Shown here: piece after piece, positions 37,106 to 47,521 of the stretch
Position numbering within the stretch: the stretch's first letter is position 1
How the letters are laid out: each line of letters begins with the position of its first letter
DNA from: Candidatus Omnitrophota bacterium
GTDB lineage: Bacteria > Omnitrophota > Gorgyraeia > 2-01-FULL-45-10
DNA: 64,000 nucleotides
Direction: 5' to 3'
Assembly: GCA_003142795.1 (NCBI GenBank)
Contig: PLNN01000017.1
Span: forward strand, 512-64,511
Notes under the pieces: generated by a model
The model's input: only the letters and a program-made list of their open reading frames with translations
What the model was told of the DNA's origin: nothing
Database searches by the model: none
Made by a program: the position numbers and the translations under genes

Positions 37106-38076
37106 AATCCTCTAATAAAAAGATCCTGGTCACCGGAGCAACGGGATTTGTAGGGGCGAATATCGCGCGGCATTTCGTCTCGCGCGGAGCCGACGTCGCC
37201 ATTTTTACAAGACATGGCTCCGATAAATGGCGAATAAACGATATTTTAAAGAAGATATCGGATTATCCTGTGGACTTGCTGGATGAGCGCTCGGTGCAAA
37301 AAACTGTGGCGCATATCAAGCCGGCAATAATATTGCATGCCGCCACTTACGGCGGTTATCAGCACCAGAAAGATACGAGAAAAATATTCGATGTAAATTT
37401 CACGGGGACCGTTAACCTGCTTAAGGCCTGCAAAGAAACCGGGTTCGAACTTTTTGTTCACACCGGATCTTCTTCCGAATACGGATTAAAGACAAAACCC
37501 ATTAAAGAGGATAGCTCACTCAAACCCGTTACCGATTACGGCGTCTCCAAGGCCGCCGCAAGTCTATATTGCCAGTCGTGCGCCTTAAGGGATCGCCTGC
37601 CGATCGCAATTCTAAGGTTGTTCTCGCCATACGGGTATTTTGACGATGCATCCCGTCTCATCCCGTATCTGATCGGGGAATGCCTGGCCGACAGAGGCCC
37701 CCGGCTTTCATCTCCTTTCGCGGTGAGAGATTTTATTTTTATAGATGACGTGCTGAATGCATATGTCAAGGTGATCGAGAATAAAAATATTTCCGCCGGC
37801 CATATATTCAACATAGGGTACGGCAAACAAAATCCGGTCGGATACGTGGCCGGGGAAGTGGCGCGGCTGACAGGAAGTCCGGAGGCATCCGTCCGCGCCG
37901 GTAAAATAAATCCAAGGCTGGAACCGGCAATGTGGCAGGCGGATATAGACAAAGCGCGAAAAATGCTCGGCTGGAGGCCGAAAACCGGCATTTCGAAAGG
38001 CTTGCAGAAAACTATCGAATGGTTCAAAACAAACAAAAAACTGTATAAAAACAGGATGACGCAAGATGTCTGTTAA
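37102..38076 (+). CDS. NAD(P)-dependent SDR reductase/epimerase (YerF- or CDP-paratose-synthase-like)
   Basis: 324 aa. ILVTGATGFVGANI Rossmann motif. Catalytic YxxxK in SSSEYG..YGVSK. Confidence 0.6.
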   Translation: MKSSNKKILVTGATGFVGANIARHFVSRGADVAIFTRHGSDKWRINDILKKISDYPVDLLDERSVQKTVAHIKPAIILHAATYGGYQHQKDTRKIFDVNFTGTVNLLKACKETGFELFVHTGSSSEYGLKTKPIKEDSSLKPVTDYGVSKAAASLYCQSCALRDRLPIAILRLFSPYGYFDDASRLIPYLIGECLADRGPRLSSPFAVRDFIFIDDVLNAYVKVIENKNISAGHIFNIGYGKQNPVGYVAGEVARLTGSPEASVRAGKINPRLEPAMWQADIDKARKMLGWRPKTGISKGLQKTIEWFKTNKKLYKNRMTQDVC

Positions 38077-39847
38077 ACTTTCGGACTATGTAATAGATTT
38101 TCTACGGAAAGAAGGGATCGGCTGCGTTTTCGAGGTTTGCGGCGGTTCGATAACCCATCTCCTGGATTCTCTATACGGCAGAAAAGATATACGCGCGATC
38201 TCGATGCATCATGAGCAGGCAGCTGCGTTCGCGGCTGAAGGATATGCCAGGGCAGGCGAAAACTTCGGAGTAGCGATGGCGACGAGCGGGCCCGGAGCGA
38301 CTAATCTCATAACCGGCATAGGAAGCGCATTTTTTGATTCTATCCCCTGCCTATTCCTGACGGGCCAGGTAAATACTTATGAGTTTAAATTTGACCGGCC
38401 GGTAAGACAGGTTGGCTTCCAGGAAACAGATATAGTAAATATCGTAAAACCGATCGTCAAGGAAGCGCATCTCGTGACAGAACCCGACAAGATACGCTAC
38501 TTTTTAGAAAGATCCGTGCATGTTGCAAGATCGGGGCGTCCCGGCCCTGTCCTCCTGGATATACCGATGAATATACAGCGGGCCATGATCAACCCAAAGA
38601 AATTAAAACCGTTCAGTCCGAAACCCGGCCCTGTCCTTTCTTTAGATAAAACGTCTATCCAAAAAATAGTGAAAGCCGTATCTTCTTCTGAGCGCCCGGT
38701 AATACTCGTTGGCGGAGGCATTCGCCTGGCAAAGGCCGAAGGAGAGCTGTTAAAATTCCTGGAACAGACCGGGATGCCTGTCGTATGTTCTCTGATGGGG
38801 CTTGACGCATGCCCGCATGAGCATCCTTCTTTTGTCGGAATGATAGGCACCTATGGTAACCGCTACGCAAATCTGACGGTTGCCAACGCCGATATGATAC
38901 TGGCTTTAGGCACGCGGTTCGATACCAGACAAACCGGGACCAGGCCATACACTTTCGCAAGAGGGGCCAGGATCATTCATGTTGACATAGACCCCCACGA
39001 GATCGGGAACAAAGTAAAGCCTTACGCGTCGGTCTGCGCCGATATAAAAAGTTTCCTGGATATTTTGAATAAAGATATCAAGCACTATGATAGATCCGGA
39101 ATATCGGATTGGAAAAAAACAATACGGCTGTATAAAACAAAATATCCGATGCCTGTAAGATCTTCCAAAAAACATATCGATCCTAACGTGCTGCTGAGCC
39201 GTCTCTCCGATCTTTTACCCGAAGATGCGATCATATGCGTCGACGTCGGACAGCATCAGATGTGGTCGGGCCAATCGTTAAAGATCAAAAGGCATCAACG
39301 CTTTATAACCGAGGGCGGAATGGCTTCGATGGGTTCGTCCCTCTCCATGGCCATAGGCGCGTCGTTCGCAAAACCGGAAAAAGACGTCATAGTCATAAGC
39401 GGGGACGGCGGATTCCAGGTCAACATACAGGAGCTCCAGACGATACGCCATCATAACCTGCCCATAAAAATAGTATTGTTAAATAATAACGGTTATGGCA
39501 TGATAAGGCAATTCCAAAAACAATATTTTGGCGGGCGTTTTCAGTCAACGGTTATCGGTTATAGTCAGCCAAACTTCGGGTCCGTTGTCGCATCGTATAA
39601 ATTGCCTGTCATAAAAGTATCGCGATATAACGAACTGGATAAGGCATTTAAGCGGTTTCTAAGAGAGCGCGGACCTATCTTTTTAGAGATAAAGATCGGA
39701 GAAGACGGTCTCGTTCTTCCGAAACTTTCCGTAAATCGCCCCGTAGAGGATCAGGACCCTCTCCTGCCTCTGGATGAGCTGAAGTCGAACATGCTTGTAG
39801 ATCTATTACCGGAAACGATCGATGACAAAATCAGAAAAAAAACTTAG
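38066..39847 (+). CDS. thiamine-diphosphate-dependent acetolactate-synthase-like enzyme (YerE-like two-carbon branch-forming enzyme)
   Basis: 593 aa. Three-domain ALS-like layout. GDGGF plus NNNGYGMI ThDP-binding motif. Confidence 0.65.
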   Translation: MSVKLSDYVIDFLRKEGIGCVFEVCGGSITHLLDSLYGRKDIRAISMHHEQAAAFAAEGYARAGENFGVAMATSGPGATNLITGIGSAFFDSIPCLFLTGQVNTYEFKFDRPVRQVGFQETDIVNIVKPIVKEAHLVTEPDKIRYFLERSVHVARSGRPGPVLLDIPMNIQRAMINPKKLKPFSPKPGPVLSLDKTSIQKIVKAVSSSERPVILVGGGIRLAKAEGELLKFLEQTGMPVVCSLMGLDACPHEHPSFVGMIGTYGNRYANLTVANADMILALGTRFDTRQTGTRPYTFARGARIIHVDIDPHEIGNKVKPYASVCADIKSFLDILNKDIKHYDRSGISDWKKTIRLYKTKYPMPVRSSKKHIDPNVLLSRLSDLLPEDAIICVDVGQHQMWSGQSLKIKRHQRFITEGGMASMGSSLSMAIGASFAKPEKDVIVISGDGGFQVNIQELQTIRHHNLPIKIVLLNNNGYGMIRQFQKQYFGGRFQSTVIGYSQPNFGSVVASYKLPVIKVSRYNELDKAFKRFLRERGPIFLEIKIGEDGLVLPKLSVNRPVEDQDPLLPLDELKSNMLVDLLPETIDDKIRKKT

Positions 39848-41150
39848 AGAAGAGATATTTAAAAAAATAGTCCGGTTTTACAAAGCCTGTCATGCGCCGA
39901 AAGAATTCATCCCCGGCACGACACCGGTAAAGTACGGAGGAAGGGTCTTTGACGAAAAAGAGCTCGTCAACTTGATCGACGCATCTCTCGATTTCTGGCT
40001 GACATCCGGCCGTTATGCCGCTTCTTTCGAGAAAAAACTGGCCGAATATTTATCTATAAAATATTGCATGCTTACGAATTCCGGCTCCTCCGCAAATCTT
40101 CTCGCCGTTACAGCCCTCACCTCTCCGCAGCTGGGCAAGAGGCGCTTAAAAGCCGGCGATGAGGTCATCACTACTGCCTGCGGCTTCCCGACCACGCTAA
40201 ACCCGATAATACAGAACAACCTTACACCCGTTTTTGTCGATGTTGAATTGGGCACCTATAATATCCGGGCGGATATTATAGAAAAAGCGGTCTCCAAAAA
40301 AACCAAAGCTATTTTTATACCGCATACTCTCGGCAACCCTGCCGCTATCGATCCCATTATAAAGATCGCCAGGAAATATAACTTATGGTTCGTAGAGGAC
40401 AATTGCGATTCGCTTGGATCCGTCTACAGGAATGCCTATACCGGCACCTTCGGAGACATCGCTACATGCAGCTTTTATCCTCCCCATCATATTACGATGG
40501 GCGAAGGCGGCGCGGTATTGACCGATTCTCCCCTGCTAAAAAAGATAATCCTTTCTTTGCGCGACTGGGGCAGGGATTGCTGGTGCGAATCCGGCCACGA
40601 TGATACCTGTCACAAAAGGTTTTCATGGAAATCAGGAAAGCTGCCGAGGGGATACGACCATAAGTATATATATTCCCACGTAGGATATAACCTGAGAGTG
40701 ACGGACATGCAGGCGGCAATAGGGCTTGCGCAATTGGACAAATTAGCGGCATTCACAACTGCGCGGAAGAAAAATTTTCAATACTTATACGATATATTCA
40801 AAAAATACGAGCGGTATATAGTCCTCCCCCGGCATGAAGCGCATGCCGAGCCAAGCTGGTTCGGCTTTCCTATTTTCGTAAAAAATTCCGCCCAGTTCAC
40901 GAGGGACGATATGGTCCGCTATCTCGAGTCTAAACGTATTACGACGAGAATGCTTTTCGGCGGCAATCTGACAAAACAGCCTGCTTATATGGACGCGCGA
41001 TACCGGATAGCGGGAGCGTTAACAAATACGGACGAAGTTATGAACAGGCTGTTCTGGATCGGCGTTTATCCCGGCCTTACCCCGCACATGTTACATTATG
41101 TCGAAGATACTATAAATAATTTTTTTAAGCACGCAATGCGTGCAAGGTGA
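39822..41150 (+). CDS. ddhC: CDP-6-deoxy-D-xylo-4-hexulose 3-dehydrase (E1/DdhC-like, PMP- and Fe-S-dependent)
   Basis: 442 aa DegT-like. SFYPPHHITMGEGG has His at the conserved PLP-lysine position. EDNC-X57-CWC-X7-C cysteine spacing. Confidence 0.7.
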   Translation: MTKSEKKLREEIFKKIVRFYKACHAPKEFIPGTTPVKYGGRVFDEKELVNLIDASLDFWLTSGRYAASFEKKLAEYLSIKYCMLTNSGSSANLLAVTALTSPQLGKRRLKAGDEVITTACGFPTTLNPIIQNNLTPVFVDVELGTYNIRADIIEKAVSKKTKAIFIPHTLGNPAAIDPIIKIARKYNLWFVEDNCDSLGSVYRNAYTGTFGDIATCSFYPPHHITMGEGGAVLTDSPLLKKIILSLRDWGRDCWCESGHDDTCHKRFSWKSGKLPRGYDHKYIYSHVGYNLRVTDMQAAIGLAQLDKLAAFTTARKKNFQYLYDIFKKYERYIVLPRHEAHAEPSWFGFPIFVKNSAQFTRDDMVRYLESKRITTRMLFGGNLTKQPAYMDARYRIAGALTNTDEVMNRLFWIGVYPGLTPHMLHYVEDTINNFFKHAMRAR

Positions 41151-41847
41151 CATCTTGAAACTGAGCATTATAATCACTTGCTTCAATGAAAAAAACACTA
41201 TATTAAAATCTATCGATGAGGCAAAAAAAGTATCGGTCGAAAAAGAGATAATAGTGATCGATAACGCTTCGACGGACGGGTCCCGGGAGCTCTTAAGCGA
41301 TCTGAAAGACAGCGGCATCAAAATAGTCTTCCAACCCAAAAACTTCGGATACGGTCAATCGGTTAAAACGGGAGCGGAGCTGTCGCGGGGAGATTTCATC
41401 TACGTTCATTATTCGGATCTTGAATATGACATAGAATGTGTTTACAGGATGCTGGCGATCGCGGAAAAAGACTCTCTCGATGTTGTATTCGGCTCGCGCC
41501 TTTATGAAAACAAAAAGAGCCCTATCGCGCTGATCAAAGAGAGGCCTTACTATGCGGGGACCATAGCTACAACCTTCATGATAAATCTGTTCTACGGAAA
41601 GCATTTTACGGATATCATAGGGACCCGCCTATACAAGGCGTCAAGTTTTAAAAAACTGGATATCGAATCAACGGGAATGAGCTTTGATTTTGAAGTAGTA
41701 AGCCTGGTATGCAAGAAGGGACTTAAAATGTGCGAAGTCCCTGTCAAGTATAAGCCAAGGTCCACGAGAGAAGGCAAAAAGATCAAGGCCATGGACATCA
41801 TACCGGCGATCCTTACCATATTAAAGTTAAAATTTTTACCTAAATAA
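41140..41847 (+). CDS. GT2-family polyprenyl-phosphate glycosyltransferase (ArnC/GtrB/DPM1-like)
   Basis: 235 aa. LSIIITCFNEK..IVIDNASTDGS. DxD-containing GT-A fold. Confidence 0.65.
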   Translation: MQGDILKLSIIITCFNEKNTILKSIDEAKKVSVEKEIIVIDNASTDGSRELLSDLKDSGIKIVFQPKNFGYGQSVKTGAELSRGDFIYVHYSDLEYDIECVYRMLAIAEKDSLDVVFGSRLYENKKSPIALIKERPYYAGTIATTFMINLFYGKHFTDIIGTRLYKASSFKKLDIESTGMSFDFEVVSLVCKKGLKMCEVPVKYKPRSTREGKKIKAMDIIPAILTILKLKFLPK

Positions 41848-41853
41848 TACGAA

Positions 41854-43179
41854 ATGATCAAAAATCCAAGACGAGTACTGCTTATTATCTTCATTATCTC
41901 GATAGCGCTGGCTTCCTTTTTTGCTGCGTTCTCCCGCCCCGTTGTTCAGGATGATGACCCCGGCCAATACGACACGATCGGATGGAATATAGCTCAAGGT
42001 AATGGCTTTTCTCTCGCACGCTCCGGACCTTTTACGCCGACCATGCTGCGCGAACCTCTATATCCATATTTTCTTGGGGTAATATACAAAATATTCGGGC
42101 ACGATTATCGCATTGCAATAGCGTTCCAGATCGTTCTATTCGCCCTTACATGCCTGCTCGTTTACATGATATCGAAAGAAATATTCGGTGATAAAATAGC
42201 GGCGTATTCCGCGCTCCTGACCGCCCTCTGTCCTACTTTGGCGAATTATACAAGTTACATATTGACGGAAACGACCTTCACCTTTCTTCTGTGCCTATTC
42301 ATCTTCGTCCTGATAAAAGCAATGAGATCGGGAAAGATGGCTTTATTCATAGCATCCGGAGCGATGCTGGGGTTTTGCGCCTTATGCAAAGCCGTAATGC
42401 TGCCGTTCTTTGCCGTTGCCGCCGTGACAATTCTTTTAAAACGCAAGGCGGCGCATGCGAGCTTATTCGTCCTGACATTTTTGCTGATAGTCTCGCCTTG
42501 GCCTTACCGGAATTACACCCTATTCAAGACCTGCCAGATGAGCCTGCGCGGCGGCGCAGTCCTGTGGGAGCGCGCGCAAAAGTCGGATGACACCATAGAG
42601 GATATGAAGCATGCTATTGCATTTAATTTTTCGGAATATCTGGGCAACAAGATGTTCCCGGGGCTTGTCGAAAATCCGAGAGATTTCATACTACAGGGTT
42701 CAAAAAAATCTCACGAAAAAGAGTATGAGTTGTCCGCGCGCGGCCTGACGCCGGTTAAGATCGATAAATTAATGGCAGCAGAGGCAAAAGAAAAAATAAT
42801 GGGCCATCCGATGAAATTCCTGTTTTACATACCGATAGAATTTATAAAAATGACATCCTTTATTTATGTGCCGGTACTGAATGAACCGGATGTGATAAAT
42901 AAATTTTATGGCCTAAAAAATGGGAAGGCGATGCTTTCTTTCCTGAGAAGCGTCTTTCGCCTAAGCGCTTATCCCATCCTTATACTGGCTTTTATGGGGA
43001 TTTTATTTGCAAGGCGGTCGTGGAAGGATTGGATATTAATGGCGGCTATTATGATCTATATAAATCTTATTTACAGCATGTTATTTGCCATGGGGAGATA
43101 CGCGGTTCCGTTAATACCTTTTTATTTAATTTTTGCCACAGTAGGATTCTTTGGATTATTTACGAGACACTCGGCATGA
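41854..43179 (+). CDS. GT-C membrane glycosyltransferase (ArnT/PMT-like, GT83/GT39 family)
   Basis: 441 aa polytopic. VVQDDDPGQYD acidic loop motif after TM1 is typical of ArnT/PMT. Confidence 0.6.
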   Translation: MIKNPRRVLLIIFIISIALASFFAAFSRPVVQDDDPGQYDTIGWNIAQGNGFSLARSGPFTPTMLREPLYPYFLGVIYKIFGHDYRIAIAFQIVLFALTCLLVYMISKEIFGDKIAAYSALLTALCPTLANYTSYILTETTFTFLLCLFIFVLIKAMRSGKMALFIASGAMLGFCALCKAVMLPFFAVAAVTILLKRKAAHASLFVLTFLLIVSPWPYRNYTLFKTCQMSLRGGAVLWERAQKSDDTIEDMKHAIAFNFSEYLGNKMFPGLVENPRDFILQGSKKSHEKEYELSARGLTPVKIDKLMAAEAKEKIMGHPMKFLFYIPIEFIKMTSFIYVPVLNEPDVINKFYGLKNGKAMLSFLRSVFRLSAYPILILAFMGILFARRSWKDWILMAAIMIYINLIYSMLFAMGRYAVPLIPFYLIFATVGFFGLFTRHSA

Positions 43180-43180
43180 A

Positions 43181-44338
43181 TTAAGGCAGTTGTTTCTTGC
43201 GAGGGTTCCACTTTTTGATAGTATTTGTAACATAACTCTGCTCGGGCTCAGATAGGCCGTTAAAAAAAGGAAGCCGGACAAGCCTGCTGCTGATATCCTC
43301 CGTAACCGGGCAATAGCTTATCTTAGAACCCATCCTAAGACCCATCGAAGAAAGGTGAAGGGGCACATAATGGAACGCGCTGGAAATCCCCTTATCCTTA
43401 AGATGCGCTATGAAAGAGTCCCGGGCCTTCAGGGAAGGTAAGATCAAATAAAACATGTGGTATGGTTGATCGCAGTGCGCAGGTATGAACGGAAGGCGCA
43501 CATCGTGCGCTTTAGCCCATTTTCCTAAATTTTCGTAATAACGAGCCCATATCAGGCGGCGCCTTTCCAGTATTTTCTTACTGCTCTCTAATTGCGCATA
43601 TAAAAATGCCGCGAGTATATCGGACGGCAAATAGCTTGACCCGATATCAACCCATGTATACTTATCCACCTCTCCCCGGCAAAAACTGGCGCGGTTGGTG
43701 CCTTTCTCCCGTATTATTTCGGCGCGTTTTATATATTTGGGGCCGTTCACTATGAGCGCCCCTCCCTCTCCGCATGTAAAGTTTTTTGTTTCATGAAAAC
43801 TCAGGGCTGACAGGCATCCGAAACTGCCCAGATCCCGGCCCTTATACTTACCAAAAAGGCCGTGCGCGTTATCTTCCACAACGGCAATATTTTTGCTGTT
43901 GGCTATACGCATGATCTCGTCCATTTCGCATCCTATCCCGCCATAATGCACCGGAACGACTGCCTTTGTTCTATGCGTGATCAAAGATCTTAACCGTCTC
44001 TCGTCCATATTAAGAGTGTCATCGCGAATGTCGATAAAAACAGGTTTTGCGCCGCGTAATACAAACGAATTCACAGTAGAAACAAATGAAAACGAAGGAA
44101 CTATTATTTCGTCCCCCTGCCGCACATCCAATAAAATAGCCGCCATCTCCAGGGCATGCGTACATGAAGTAGTCAGTAAAGCTTTTTTTACGCCCAGCTT
44201 CCGTTCAAGAACTTCCTGGCATTTACCGGTGAAAAAACCATCTCCGGAAATATGACCTTTTTCTATAGCCTTTTTAATGTAAAAAAGCTCATTCCCCGTA
44301 AGATAGGCCTTATTGAAAGGTATGCGATATTTTTTCAT
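43181..44338 (-). CDS. wecE: dTDP-4-keto-6-deoxy-D-glucose 4-aminotransferase
   Basis: 385 aa. [30 protein letters not shown] and IIREKGTNR are all WecE-like. Confidence 0.7.
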   Translation of the reverse strand: MKKYRIPFNKAYLTGNELFYIKKAIEKGHISGDGFFTGKCQEVLERKLGVKKALLTTSCTHALEMAAILLDVRQGDEIIVPSFSFVSTVNSFVLRGAKPVFIDIRDDTLNMDERRLRSLITHRTKAVVPVHYGGIGCEMDEIMRIANSKNIAVVEDNAHGLFGKYKGRDLGSFGCLSALSFHETKNFTCGEGGALIVNGPKYIKRAEIIREKGTNRASFCRGEVDKYTWVDIGSSYLPSDILAAFLYAQLESSKKILERRRLIWARYYENLGKWAKAHDVRLPFIPAHCDQPYHMFYLILPSLKARDSFIAHLKDKGISSAFHYVPLHLSSMGLRMGSKISYCPVTEDISSRLVRLPFFNGLSEPEQSYVTNTIKKWNPRKKQLP

Positions 44339-45267
44339 ATAGATTTAAAATAATCTATCGTTCGCGACAGCCCTTCTTCCAGGCCGACCTTAGGCTGCCA
44401 CTTAAGCATCTTTTTGGCTTTCGCGATATTGGGACGCCTGACTTTTGGATCGTCGACGGGAAGCGCCTTATAGACAATCTTGCTTTTTGAATTTGTGAGC
44501 ATGATTATTGTCCGGGCGAGTTTCAAAAGGGTCATTTCATTTGGATTCCCGATATTTACCGGATCATTTTCTTTAGACATCAAAAGTTTGTATATTCCAT
44601 TTACAAGGTCAGATACGTAACAAAAACTCCTCGTCTGCGAACCGTTGCCATAGACCGTGATCGGTTTATTATCCAGCGCCTGGTTGATGAAATTAGGTAT
44701 TGCCCTGCCGTCATTCTCGCGCATTCTCTCTCCGTAAGTATTGAATATGCGAACGATCTTTGTATTGATCCCATGATAACGATGATAGGCCATCGTGATC
44801 GCTTCGGCAAAACGTTTTGCTTCATCATAAACGCCGCGCGGGCCGATCGGGTTGACGTTCCCCCAGTAACTTTCCGGCTGAGGATTGACCAGCGGGTCAC
44901 CGTATACTTCGCTGGTAGACGCGAGAAAAAATACGCATCTTTTAGCCTTGGCCACTCCTAAGGCATTATGTGTGCCCAGAGCCCCGACTTTTAGCGTCGG
45001 GATAGGATATTTAAGATAATCTATCGGGCTTGCAGGAGAGGCGAAATGCAGAATATAGTCGATCCTGCCTTTTATGTTTATCTTTTCGGAAACATTATGT
45101 TTGACGAACTTGAAATTTTTTCCGGCGAAGAGATGTTCTATATTCTCGATCTTTCCTGTTATAAGATTATCCATGCATATTACATCATAACCTTTGCCCA
45201 GGAATAATTCGCAAAGATGCGAACCTATAAAACCCGCGCCGCCCGTTATTAATACTTTTTTTCTCAT
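44335..45267 (-). CDS. uxs: UDP-glucuronate decarboxylase (UDP-xylose synthase)
   Basis: 310 aa. [14 protein letters not shown]; [10 protein letters not shown]; YDEAKR catalytic motif. Confidence 0.75.
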   Translation of the reverse strand: MRKKVLITGGAGFIGSHLCELFLGKGYDVICMDNLITGKIENIEHLFAGKNFKFVKHNVSEKINIKGRIDYILHFASPASPIDYLKYPIPTLKVGALGTHNALGVAKAKRCVFFLASTSEVYGDPLVNPQPESYWGNVNPIGPRGVYDEAKRFAEAITMAYHRYHGINTKIVRIFNTYGERMRENDGRAIPNFINQALDNKPITVYGNGSQTRSFCYVSDLVNGIYKLLMSKENDPVNIGNPNEMTLLKLARTIIMLTNSKSKIVYKALPVDDPKVRRPNIAKAKKMLKWQPKVGLEEGLSRTIDYFKSI

Positions 45268-46196
45268 TTATTTTTGAACCATTCTACGGTACGTTTTAGC
45301 CCTTCCGTGAAATGGACTATCTTCTTTATCTTCAAAAGCCGCTTCATCTTGCTTATATCGGCGTAACTTTTCCGCACGTCTCCCGGCCTTTTTGGGCCAT
45401 GCTCCGGCTTGATATCCGTCTTCAGCATCTTATTAAGCGTATTGACTATATCGATAACCGATGTTGTAGTCCCGCAGGCTATGTTAAAAACCTCGCCTGA
45501 TATTCCGGGCGTGAGGGCGGCCTTTAAATTCGCTTCGACGACGTTCGCCACGTATGTAAAATCCCTGGATTGTTTACCGTCCCATTCGACTACCGGCATC
45601 TCTCCCTTCATCAGATTAAAAATGAACATCGGTATGACCGCAGAATATTTTGATTCCGGGTTCTGGCGCGGCCCGAAGACATTAAAATATCTTAAAGATA
45701 CCGTCTCCAGCCCGAACGTTTTCGCGAATGTAACACAGTAATTCTCCGCCGCGAGTTTCGATACGCCGTAAGGCGATATGGGCGAGGCGTGATCCGTCTC
45801 TTTTTGCGGGAATTTTTTTACATCCCCGTACGCGGAACTTGATGACGCGTAAACTACCCTTTTGACCTTATTGTCCCTTGCCGCTACCAGGAGATTCAGC
45901 GTTCCGAAAACATTCACCTCGTTGGACATAAAAGGATCTTCGACCGACTTGGCTACAGAGCGCAGCGCTGCCTGGTGTATCACGAAATCAACGCCCCTCA
46001 TGCTCGAGTCCAGCGCTTTCCTGTCCCTTATATCGCCCTCTATAAGCTCTATCCTGTTCAAAAAAGGCTCTATGTTCTCTTTTTTGCCGGTTATGAAATT
46101 ATCGAGGACACGCACTTTTTCGCCGCGCCGCACCAGCTCCTCGACTATATTCGAGCCTATGAACCCCGCCCCGCCCGTAACAAGATAATTTGCCAT
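45264..46196 (-). CDS. NAD-dependent UDP-sugar 4-epimerase (WbpP/TviC-like)
   Basis: 310 aa. [13 protein letters not shown]; SSSSAYG; YGVSK. Confidence 0.65.
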   Translation of the reverse strand: MANYLVTGGAGFIGSNIVEELVRRGEKVRVLDNFITGKKENIEPFLNRIELIEGDIRDRKALDSSMRGVDFVIHQAALRSVAKSVEDPFMSNEVNVFGTLNLLVAARDNKVKRVVYASSSSAYGDVKKFPQKETDHASPISPYGVSKLAAENYCVTFAKTFGLETVSLRYFNVFGPRQNPESKYSAVIPMFIFNLMKGEMPVVEWDGKQSRDFTYVANVVEANLKAALTPGISGEVFNIACGTTTSVIDIVNTLNKMLKTDIKPEHGPKRPGDVRKSYADISKMKRLLKIKKIVHFTEGLKRTVEWFKNK

Positions 46197-47521
46197 TACA
46201 GCCTCACTATGTTCGATCTTTTGGTTATGCCTTTCAGCACGTTCCTGGTGTCAACCACCAGGTCGGAATTATCCGCGATAAATTTATAATCTACGTTGGT
46301 ATGGTCGGTGACGATCACTACGCAGTCGGAATCTTTAAACGAATCTTTATTGAACGGAACGCCTTTCAGATTTATATCGTGTATCTTTAGATACGGCAGG
46401 TATGGGTCGTAATAAGAAACGATCGCGCCTTTTTCCATCAGGAGATCTATTACCTCCAATGACGGGGATTCGCGCAGATCCTTTACGTCTTTTTTGTACG
46501 CAACTCCGACCACCAGCACCTTCGAACATCTTAGCGGCTTGCGCTGATCGTTCAGCCCCTCGATAACTTTATCAACGACGTAATGCGGCATCTCTGAATT
46601 GACCTGCGACGCAAGATCTATGAACCGTGCCTCAAAACCGTGCATGCGCGCCTTCCATGAAAGGTATATGGGATCCACGGGAATGCAATGGCCGCCGACG
46701 CCCGGGCCCGGATAGAACGGCATGAACCCATACGGCTTGGTCTTGGCCGCGTCTATCACTTCCCAGACGTCTATGCCGAGCCTGTCGCACATGAGCATCA
46801 GCTCGTTGACCATGGCTATATTGACTATGCGGAACGTGTTCTCCAGGAGCTTTACCATCTCTGCAACCTTGCTCGATGAGACGGGGATAACCGTATCGAT
46901 GGCCTGCTCGTATAACGTTTTAGCGATATCCGTGGAATTCCGGGAAATGCCGCCGATGATCTTAGGGGTATTTTTAGTAGCATACTTCTCGTTGCCCGGG
47001 TCTATTCTTTCGGGGGAGAAGGCGAGATAAAAATCCTTCCCTTCTTTCAAGCCGTCCGATTCAAGTATAGGCAGCATCACTTCTTCGGTCGTGCCGGGAT
47101 AGGTAGTCGACTCAAGAACTATTATCTGGCCCCGCTTCATGTATTTCTTTATGTTATTCACGGCCGAGACTATGTATGAGACATCCGGTTCTTTTGTCTT
47201 ATATAACGGCGTCGGCACGCAGATGATAACGGCGTCACATTCTTTTATACGCCCGAAGTCGGCGGTAACGGCAAATCTTTTTTTAGCCATCGCATCTTTT
47301 ATATCCGCGGACGATACATCCAGGATATAAGATTTATGGCTATTGAGCCTCTTTATCCTGTCTTTGTCAATGTCGATGCCGTAAACCCTGAATCCCTTTT
47401 TCGCAAAACTAAGCGCCAGCGGCAAGCCGACATAGCCCAGCCCTATTATCCCTATCCGCGCTTTTATGTTCAATATCTTCTCTTTCAATAATTTCAACAT
47501 GTTCCTCTCCTTATTGATCAC
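46196..47521 (-). CDS. UDP-N-acetylhexosamine 6-dehydrogenase (WbpA/TviB-like nucleotide-sugar dehydrogenase)
   Basis: 441 aa. IGIIGLGYVGLPLA Rossmann motif. Catalytic Cys region GPGVGGHCIPVDP. Confidence 0.7.
   Translation of the reverse strand: MINKERNMLKLLKEKILNIKARIGIIGLGYVGLPLALSFAKKGFRVYGIDIDKDRIKRLNSHKSYILDVSSADIKDAMAKKRFAVTADFGRIKECDAVIICVPTPLYKTKEPDVSYIVSAVNNIKKYMKRGQIIVLESTTYPGTTEEVMLPILESDGLKEGKDFYLAFSPERIDPGNEKYATKNTPKIIGGISRNSTDIAKTLYEQAIDTVIPVSSSKVAEMVKLLENTFRIVNIAMVNELMLMCDRLGIDVWEVIDAAKTKPYGFMPFYPGPGVGGHCIPVDPIYLSWKARMHGFEARFIDLASQVNSEMPHYVVDKVIEGLNDQRKPLRCSKVLVVGVAYKKDVKDLRESPSLEVIDLLMEKGAIVSYYDPYLPYLKIHDINLKGVPFNKDSFKDSDCVVIVTDHTNVDYKFIADNSDLVVDTRNVLKGITKRSNIVRL

Noticed and set aside
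43181-45267. UXS-like decarboxylase next to a DegT aminotransferase, plus Ugd and the ArnC/ArnT-like pair, looked like a formyltransferase-less L-Ara4N (Arn) lipid A modification pathway
   Set aside because: The aminotransferase N-terminus and internal motifs ([30 protein letters not shown]) match WecE (dTDP-4-keto-6-deoxyglucose transaminase) rather than ArnB. rmlA and rmlB are in the same operon. The 310-aa decarboxylase is a canonical stand-alone UXS.
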